Source: Cycas panzhihuaensis (Eukaryota; Plantae; Cycadophyta). From it: a stretch of DNA of 64,000 nucleotides. How positions within the stretch are numbered: position 1 is the first letter of the stretch; each line of letters begins with the position of its first letter. A program made the translations under genes and the position numbers. Below the pieces are notes generated by a model. It searched no databases. It saw nothing but the letters and a program-made list of their open reading frames with translations, and was not told where the DNA came from. Where the stretch lies: assembly GCA_023213395.1 (NCBI GenBank), contig CM041465.1, positions 171,375,741 to 171,439,740 of the forward strand, written 5' to 3'. This document shows, piece after piece, positions 54,217-64,000 of this stretch.

Positions 54217-55681
54217 GTATTTGCTTGTAAGATATCACGCCGCAAAGTAGGTGCTCTTCTTTCTTTAACAAGTTGTATACCATTTTGAAACTCGCAAATA
54301 ATTACCTGGATGTTATCGTTGAAATGATTTGTTTGATGTTTAAATATTTTGCATTAGATGAATTTTTTTTTTATATAGTTTATAAGTGTATGGATGTTTT
54401 TCATCTGATGTCGAACTTTATGGAGATCGTTTATTATGCTAAAAAGGATTAATGCCATGAACTACAAGAATCCATATTAAGTAGAGAAAGACTTTAAGAT
54501 GAGTTGGTACTAATTTGTGTGTACATGAATTTGGAGGGGGTGGAAGAAATAATATAAAGAAAGGGATCTTATGACATTGCCATTTTAGATTATTTGTCCA
54601 TTCATCTTCTATGGTTATTATGCATCTATCTTCAAATAATAAAATATAATAAAACAAAACTTCTTTGAGAGTAAGGATGAGAGAAGAGAGGGGAAATGAG
54701 TGAGGTAAGAGATAATGCACTCAAATATGGGATGGGACATGGGTACAAAGGGCTGAGATGACATGATATTAGATGTGACATAAGTATAAAGAGGATAAAT
54801 AATATGTGATTATAATTAACATTAAAAAAATAATATCAAGTATGCATGTACATGCATACAAATAAATCCATGATAATTATTTGCAATCACAACAATCACC
54901 CACTTGATAATATTTTTGGGAATGAAATAAGATTTCAAATTATCAATTATTTATGAAAATGATAAAGCATATATAAATAAGTTCTTATGCAATTATTGTT
55001 TAAATGCTCGAAGCTATGTTAATAATTAATCAATAATATATAAAATATGTTAATAATTATTTTAATACTCAAGTAAAAGTCCTTTTGCCAAAACATCCTA
55101 AAAAATAAACTCATGCATATTCTCTTAATAAGACTTAAAGGCTACCATCATAGCCAAATAAACACAAATCAAACCATAAGAATATTGTAACATCATAAAC
55201 TTTTCTTCAAAAATTACTTTTTCACAAGTGAAACTAATATAATATATGATCTATATGTTGATCATGCTACTTATTTTACTCATGTAGGGGTATGTGTCAA
55301 AATTGTAGCTAAAATGACTTTTAAAAAAACTAAATTTAATATTAATATTTATCATAAAAAAGGTAGGTATAAAAGGCTTCCATTTTTTATAAGAATAGAA
55401 GAGTACCCAAAGCTACAATATGATATGCTCAATGAAATTTACAATGATGCCATGAATAAAAAGTTAAAGATTCACTAAAAATATAAAATTATATAATTCC
55501 TAAAGTAAAACTCAGATTTATCGAGGATAAAGGGATGGAGACGCTTCCTCCTCTCCCTTTAATGTCTTAATCTATATGTTTCTTCTATGAGTCCTAGGAC
55601 ACCTAAGAGCTTGCAGGGATAGTAGATTCATACATACACTTCAATGTAGATATTTGATAGGAGTGGAAGATTAGTTAGGAG

Positions 55682-56310
55682 TGTAGAATTTGTAACTTGT
55701 TTTGATATAACATATTAACAAATGTATATGAGTAGAATATGTATTAACCATTAACGTATTCACAAATATATAAGCATTAATAATTACATGATCATTCAAC
55801 AATATAAAGGATAATAAGGGCAATCAAAGAGTCAATCATAAAACCACAATATGACACAATGCTTAACATGAAAAGCCTGTGCATGGAAAAAATCACCTCT
55901 AAAAATCACGCATAAGATATCATATTATAGAATAAACTTGACTTTGTTACTTCTTCATATCTACAATGTGAGACAGAACACAAGAAAAATGGAGGTAGAT
56001 GGAGTGGTGATGAAGATGAAATGTACCAAATAAAGACACACCACAATGAACCTAAATAAAACCAATATTTGATTAACAAAATATAACTTTATAATGCATA
56101 GGGTGGTGTGCTTATAGTAGCACAAGATCACCCTTAAACCTTAATTCTTAAATTATTTTATTAACCTACCTCTAAGTTGACCTATCACCCATTTCCTGTA
56201 TTATTTAATTAGCATAACACTAACTCGACTAACCTAACTTAATTCCATATGAACACTATTATCCTAACCTAAATTTATATGGTGAGGATCACCATATGCG
56301 CTCCCCCCTT
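55682..56310 (-). mobile_element. Probable minus-strand LTR with PPT
   Basis: CTCCCCCCTT (reverse complement of a PPT) at ~56301-56310, and a GAAAA..GAAAAAATCACC motif resembling the copia LTRs at 1.6 and 6.7 kb. Left boundary uncertain. Confidence 0.45.
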
Positions 56311-57154
56311 AGATGTTTTACCCCCAAAGCATCTAAATACATGAATACATATGATTACCACCTCTTGTTGTTGTTAGGATGTTTATAGTAGATGTTTCAT
56401 CCTTCTACCATAATATGAAAACTATTATTGCACTTGATATTAGAGAAGAATGATGCTTTATATACACTTTTTCTGTTGAACAAGAATATGCATCAAATGA
56501 GTGTAGTCCCTTTTATTGGATATCATCATCAAAGAAATGAGGACCCATGGTGTAATAATTTGGGGATCTACAAAATTAGGGATCCAATTACTCCTACAAG
56601 ATGGATAAGGATGGCACCTCTATTTTATACTTAAGCTCTTTTTTACTACTTACACATTTACACTATATGGTTGAGTGATATTGGTCCTTTAAAAGTTCAC
56701 CTTGTTTAACATATAATTCATAATTTTCTTCTAAGGTGATAAACTCCATGTTGATCACATTGTGATTTAGTGGAGAGCTAAGCAAAAGGATTTCAACATG
56801 CTTATTCAAAGTTGATAAAAAATAAAATTTTACATCAACCATGGATTTTATTTCCCCAATTTCTTCTTCTTCTTCTTGCTTGGTCCTTCCTTTCATAAGG
56901 GAACTTTAATTAGAACTGAGTTCTTTATGTGCTAGTGGAGAGAAAAATTAAGGAGACCTAATTTTGGCCTATAGTGTTCAAGATCTCATTGATGTACCCG
57001 CCACTAAATGTATAATTTTCAATTATAGAATACCTTAATAAATCCTCTCATACACTATTAGGTTAGCCTCTTTAGAGTATGTGGGTGAGGTTGTATGTTA
57101 GTCATCAAAAGTGACTAAACCATAAAGACTAAAATGAAGAAGTTGGCTCATGAT

Positions 57155-57229
57155 ATCTATCTATATACATATATACATATATGCATGCATACACACACAC
57201 ACACACATGCACATATGTATGTATGTATG

Positions 57230-57263
<34 letters not shown>

Positions 57264-57300
57264 TGTATGTATACATATATGCATACATATGTATTCATGT
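57155..57300. repeat. Compound (TA)/(CA)/(TATG)n microsatellite
   Basis: Directly visible. Confidence 0.95.
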
Positions 57301-58249
57301 ACAATATAAATGTTTACGAAATTATAAGATCTAATGGTAAACTTTAATATCTAGTATAAATAAAGTGTAAAATATATTACATAATAGCCTAAAATTAAGC
57401 CCACAAAATAAGGATTCTTCTAGAATAGATGAAATTAAATTTTGAGTCCATATGGAAAAGATATAAGCGAAACTATAATTGTTGGTGCTAAAATTTTAAG
57501 ATGGCTCTTTTAATTAAGTTTTAGCCCCTTTGAAAAAGTGAACTTGGTCACTCTATCTCATGCATATGAGCTCTAGTGGACTTCACTTATAAATAAGCTA
57601 AGGTTTAATATTTATAACCTTGCATTATAAATTATAGAGCAAAAGAAATATATTATACTTATGTATTGATTAACTAACAAATGGTAGACAATGAGGGTTC
57701 AAAGATGTATTTTGAGCTCTATAGAACTCAAATTCATTCAAAATTGTAGAAGGGAATGTACCCCTATATTTACTTCAATTTCCCATTTAGAAAAATGAAT
57801 ATTGCTACATGTGGAGGGAGATCCATGTTATTAAACATTGTATGGGAAATAATCAAGTGGCAAATTGAGTGGCCACTTCATAGAGATAGTGTCTTTAATA
57901 TAATTTGATCATTTAATGGTTAATAGCCATAAGAAATATCAATAGCTTTCGCTTGAATATGGTATTTCAAACCCACAAAAATCCCTAAATTATATGGAGA
58001 CAACAAAACTTTCCTCACTACTTATCAATTATTAACGGAGTTAAACTTTGCATCACTTGCATAGTGCCTTATTAAAGTAATTTCAAATCTATCGGCCTTT
58101 TAATGTGGCTATATAAATTCAAAATCTAAAATCTATGCACCATACACCATTCTTTATTTAAGCATTCAAACTAGCATAGAATATATTCTTATTCCTCAAC
58201 CTCTTTATAGTCCTCTCTATAACTATATTTATTGAATTATTCCTTTTAG

Positions 58250-59075
58250 CATAACACTCATTTAAATAGTTTATATCAATTCCATAAATATAGCAAGTCA
58301 ATACAAAACATCTTCCTCTACCTCTTCCTTAAGGTATAGGAGCTTTGTTATTTCCTCTTCCATGAGATCTTCCTCTAGCATTTTCAGAACTTAAAGCTTG
58401 GAATTTTTTAGCCTAAGAATTTTGAGAATATGTATTTACCTGAGGATCCAGTCTCCTAAATCTTCCTCTTAAAGCATGTTGTTGAGATAAATCATTGCTT
58501 CATATTTTTATTAGAATTTTACTTTCTTTCCTCTTCTATGAGTAGCATGGAAAGTAATTGATCAATTATAAGTGTAGATAAGTCTCTGATGACTTCTATG
58601 GTTGTTGTAATATTCTCAAACTTCTTAGCATAGAATTTTCTCTACAACTCTTTGTTCTAGGATTTGTTCCCTTAGAGGTTGTATTTAATTCACTATATCT
58701 TTAATTCTAATGATAAAGCCATTGATTAACTCATAAGCACATATTCTAAGGCTCTTAAAGTTCCTTCTAGTTGTTTTCAATATTATACTTATTATACCAT
58801 CATAAGCTATTTTTAAAGTATCCCAAACTTGCTTAGCAATTATTCCACTTGGAAGGCAAGGGTATACTTCTTCTTCTAAATTTGCATAAATAAATTCAGG
58901 TGCAAGAGCATTATTCATTTTATTTTTTGGAGTTGAAAAAGTTAAACCATTTGACACTGTGCCTTAAAAACCTCTACTAGTTAATGAAATTTACATTCTT
59001 ATAGACCACCCCAAATATTTCTTTCCATTATATTTTGGATAATAAATTTATATAAATCCATTATAAAAGTTCACC
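58250..59075 (-). mobile_element. Decayed copia gag (UBN2-type) fragment
   Basis: PKYNGKKYLGWSIRM near 59035-58995; AKQVWDTLKIAYDG..LKTTRRNFKSLRI...FIIRIKDIVN (ORF 58685-58957); EQRVVEKIL; KFENITTTIEVIRDLSTL. Confidence 0.85.
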
Positions 59076-59113
59076 TTAAATGCATATATGACGGGCCACA
59101 AAGTCACACAGAT

Positions 59114-62100
59114 ATGTTAATAAGATGATAGATACCTTATCCTAGATTTTAGGACCTCCTTCTGCCTTTTAATCCTTTATAGGACTTAATATATAAATTA
59201 TAATAAATTTCTTAATAAAATACTTTACTATAGCCTTCTAAGGTTTAAAACTCAATTTCCTTAGAGTTAAGAAATAGATTGAAAGATGATGTAGAGGGCG
59301 TAAAAGAAAATTTTATCTAGTTACCACGTAGGGATTTAATATAAAGGCTCCACTTTGGAATAAAATTTCTCCATGAAAATGGCACCAAAATATATCATAT
59401 CATATATCAAAATGACTATTTTTGAGACAAGATTCTAAAATTTAGACTCTTTAGAAAATGGAATCCTAGAACTTAAGATATTAAAGAAAATACATAAGTG
59501 CCCCTTTATGAAAAATAAAATTTGGTGGATTAGGGTTTAACCCCTCTTAATAATTAGTGGTTGGATATATGAGACTATTAAAGACTAGGAGCTAAAGTCA
59601 CTAAGAGCTAATAGACTCTAAATAGAATTATAATCTAGCTTAATTTTTTTAAAATATTATAAGATAAATATATATATATCCAATGTTAAATATTTCACCT
59701 ACATGTAAAAAATTCTTCCTCAATCTGCAAAAAAGTTAAATAAACTCTATAAATAATAGATTAAATGATATTCGTATAGGTGAGTTTGAGGCACTAATGG
59801 ATCACTCAATGTAGATTCCTCATATACTTATAGTAGGTATAGATAAGTTACACACCATAGAGACTAAATCTCCACGGAGCAACTTAAGATGACATAATCT
59901 CTAAAGGTAGAATGACTATGAGTGATGAATCTAAGGGCATATGTCTCCACACATAGTAGTGAACCAACAGTGTTCCACAGATGATTCACACTAGGATGGT
60001 CACATAATATGAATTAAAGGCACCATTTAGATAAGAAGATATATGTCATGTGGAGTATAATAAATATAAATGAATTTAAATGATTTCAAACAAGGAGAAT
60101 ATATCTGAACGAATTCTCAAATAAACTTTGAATAACTCCATAATTAAATAGAAAATGGCTTCAAAATAAAATTGAATAGACTGTAATAGGTATGCCTACC
60201 AACACACAAACTACATAATCTTGTATATGCAACTTAGGGTTTCTTTATCAAAATGGATAACACAAATAATTGAATCTATATAGCCACCTCCTCATAATCA
60301 ATGAACTAGGATTTTACCTTAACACTAGTAAACTAGTAAACCTATAAAATAATAGACTTGTAATATATCTTTGTTTTTATCGTAACTCTAATATTTCACT
60401 TGAGCTCTAATACCATGTAGAAAAATGAAATTGATAGAAATTAATAATGTACAAATAAAAATAAACAAACACTTTGATCATAATGGTACCCTTAAAGTAC
60501 CTTATATTAATACTAGAATAATATTATAACTTTATTTAATATGATATATTAAGTGTGTATTTATATTACATAACTTGACTATGCATGGGACCCACAACAT
60601 AATGCCAACATCATAACATAATTAATTACACAAATATGCATTGCAACTTTGCCTCATGAAGTATGAACCAAGCTATTTCAATAATATCAACCCCTTAGAT
60701 CATGTGTGAGAATCTTTACATTAATTAATCATGTGTCAACCATTAAACCACTTAAATTAAATACTACTTGAATATTTTAAAGTTTAGTATTCATATGCTC
60801 CCTCTTAATGCTTAATTTATAAAACTTCGCAAATGTCTTTAAAACCATAGTGGACCACCTTTTTATCATACCACCTATGAATACCAATAATCAAACTTAT
60901 CTTCAACATGCTTGTTTTACTACAAGCAAATGTCATATTATATTATCTCATCTTACCAGCTATAAATCTTTAATCAAACACAACAAAAACTTGTTATAAC
61001 ATAAAAAGTTTCTCCTTAACAAATTTATATCTTCTACTTATAAGTTGTAAAATAAATTGATTAACTAATCAATAAGCCAAATTCACTAATGTCCATATAA
61101 AATAACAACCATTTACCAAAATGCATGGTAAAATAACTTCTATAATTAATAGTTAACTAAGAAGTATTTTATATATGTGGTTCATCATTTTCTTTAATAA
61201 TAAACAACATACTTTAAGAATAAGCTAAACTACTTGGCCAAATAAATATGTTGTAATAAGAGTAGCTTATAATTTTGCATAGGTAAACACTTGTAGTTTT
61301 CTTTAGTAACTATCAATAATTTTGCATAGGTAACACTTGTAGTTTTCTTTAGTAACCAATCTCTCTTAATCACCTCATCAAACTAACAGAAACTTAGAGG
61401 TATTAACATTATTAAGGAATCTAAAAGTTGTACAATTACACTATTATTTTAAGTATCCTAATAAGATAGGTTGGATATGGCAAGATGATGGACATTATCT
61501 ATTATACAAAGTAAATGGATTTCCTTCCCTTTGCTACACTCTAAAAAGGAATTTCTTGGGGATCATACTATAAAGCATAGTGCTATGGTGAATGGACTTT
61601 AGTATTATAGGGGAGATTTACAAACTCAACAACCATATTATTCTTCAAATATGCATATATGTATCATTAGGAAATTGAGGTTGGTATCATGTGAGATGAA
61701 TATAAAAAAAACGTAGTATAAAATACCATATTCAAATAATTAAATGATTATATGTGTGTGTGTGTACTTAATAAAGGACTAATAAGAAATAGTTAGAAAT
61801 ACATGAAGATTTAAGAACTTTAATCACACATATTAAGAACACTCATATTTTCATATATTAAAGGTATTTGCTTATTTACTCACTTATGAGAAATAATTAT
61901 ACGCACCTAGAAGAATTTATGTAAATGTATGTACAATAATTTAGAGTACACAACAATACACCACAAAGTAATTAATACATCATTAAGTGGTTATCACTAA
62001 CATAATCCATGTATTAAACTTTATCTTCAACACTTGACCATAATGTTTTATTCATTGTGATTTATAGAAAATACTTTTTGACTTTGCCAAACAAGTGTGG

Positions 62101-64000
62101 GACTCCTTCAATTGTGCTTCAATTTGTGCTTCCTTATTTTATTCTTAATTCCCATACTAACTCTTCCAATTTAAGGCCCTTAAGCTTCAACATTATTTCT
62201 AGATTTTAAGCATAATTTATCAATGTTTATATAAAGAAACAACCATCTCGTAGAATATATAAGTAGCCAATCACTGCAAATACTAGTTTTTAAGGAAGTT
62301 CTTCATATATATGGTTTATCTACATCTATAAATTTTCATGAGTTATTTATTTATAATCTTTCCATGTATTTACACTTATCATTGTGCATTATAAAAGTAG
62401 GCCAAACTACCTAACTAAACAAATGCTAAGCCAAATGTTGTAGGGCCATAATATTAAAATTATTAACATGTAAGAAATAAGATTAAAATCAATATTTATA
62501 AGGTTTTTAACAAAATAATAATCAATAGTTTGTATATTGACTTTTGAAAAACTTTGCACCTTTTCTATGGCAATTAGACTTTTATGTCTAGATTAAAATT
62601 TCCTTTAATTATCTATTTTTCATCTAATATGTCTCTACCTTGCCACAATGGTATTAGACCTATTTGGGGTTATAATAGAATTACATTGTAGTAATCATAA
62701 GTACTCCAATTAGAAGAATCCTTAGGTACCAATAGAGATTCCTAACTTATTTTTAAGTACATAGCATAATAAGAATTTGACCTTTGATGTGTGATGGATT
62801 GGAGCATAAACTTAACATAGTGAATTTAGTGGAGGCAATTGAGAATATGCCAAACTTCCTATAATAATGTCAACATTTCTCTTTTAGAGCATATCACCAT
62901 TAGCATTAGTAATTGATCCCATAATAGACTCATGAATATAAGAAGATTGAGGTGAGAAAAACATTAAATTTAGTGATTTGAGGTACAAATTTCCTAGTAA
63001 GTGCATTAGGTAGGTTCAATTTGAGCAAGCTTGTGACCCTCCAAAATAAGATAACACTGCCTACACTAGAGACTAACCACATCATATAAAACCAAAAGTA
63101 AAGCAATGATGAGTTTTCACAGTATACTAAACAAATTAAAATAAATATCTAGGTTTTTAAAAAAATCCATTTTGAATATTCCATAGAGGAAAACATATTT
63201 CTTATTTAAATTTTTTGAGAACAAAACATGTTTACACATTTTACAATAATAATTAATCCTAGAGCTAAAATAGACCAAGAATCATCTAGATGAGGGAAAG
63301 AGACAATGTTAGAGTAGTATTTATAAATGTAATATTCAAGAAGGATAAAAGAATCATTTTTTACTATTTAGGAAGGAGAAAACACTAGCAAATTTTAAGC
63401 AAAATGTCAGTGGCTAGAAATGCTAGAGCTTTAATCAAGGAGTTATAAGTTTATAATGATTTATTATATCAAAAGGAGGATGGTGCATGTCGAAAAGGTG
63501 GAAACCAACTCAATATGTGGGAAGAATTAAATAACATATGGGATCCTCTTATCCAAATCAGTGATAACATCAACATGATAAAAGAGAAGGATAACCCAAA
63601 GTAAACAAATATAAACACATTGAGATTCTCCAGTAATGATAGTCACAAATATTCTATCATCATGTGAAATTACCCCTCTATTCTATAGATGGAGATATAT
63701 ACATAAACAAATAGCTAATAAAACTATTTAACTTAAGAACACTTAGCTTTAAGAAAGCATCAAACCAAGTGGATTTGGTCGTCTCTTAATTATAAGGTTT
63801 AATCTACGTATGGGTGATTAGTAGAAGGATCATCCTAAAATATTATTCTTTAACCAATTTAATGAAGATTTCATTAAATACACTAAGGAAAACTAGGGTG
63901 ATCTATATAAAATATAGTTAACTCATTACTTCTAGGGCAACATGATCTTGCTTGAATATATGATGATGTTTAAAGCATTGTAGATGGAGGCTAGAATTAA
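59114..64000 (+). repeat. Composite repeat Y, copy C (runs off the window)
   Basis: Colinear with 13044-17928, starting at ATGTTAATAAGATGATAGATACC. Confidence 0.95.

Noticed and set aside
56428-56896. Short ORFs next to the putative PPT as an env-like or extra gene
   Set aside because: Too short and decayed to assign; no TM or family motif that I can support.

Overview
Eukaryotic plant DNA, probably a large-genome seed plant such as a gymnosperm (inferred from the receptor kinase style and the retroelement landscape). The window is AT-rich and dominated by retroelements. I found no intact protein-coding gene. Host-derived sequence is limited to a NUP43 (WD40 nucleoporin) C-terminal pseudogene fragment at 1.0-1.5 kb and a disabled LRR-XII-type non-RD receptor kinase at 51.1-54.2 kb, which keeps a W-box-rich promoter. 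The rest comprises: decayed Ty1/copia and Ty3/gypsy relics, some nested and some sharing an LTR; a gag-only LTR element; a tRNA-derived SINE; a full-length plant L1 LINE with RNase H and an exact 17-bp TSD; very long (TA)n tracts; and layered duplications (a ~5.8-kb tandem unit, a ~2.1-kb tandem unit, and a long-range duplicate of 12-18 kb at 49-64 kb). The best observations are an apparent 8.7-kb microhomology-mediated deletion that removed the receptor kinase from one duplicate, short templated duplications at several rearrangement junctions, an L1 ORF2 whose 12 premature stops are all TAG, a possible extra reading frame in the L1 leader, an in-frame RT/RNase H-less chromovirus, and hairpins conserved between diverged copia LTRs. 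I found no convincing evidence of a wholly new biological system. All alignments and identities were made by eye, and TE relic boundaries are approximate.
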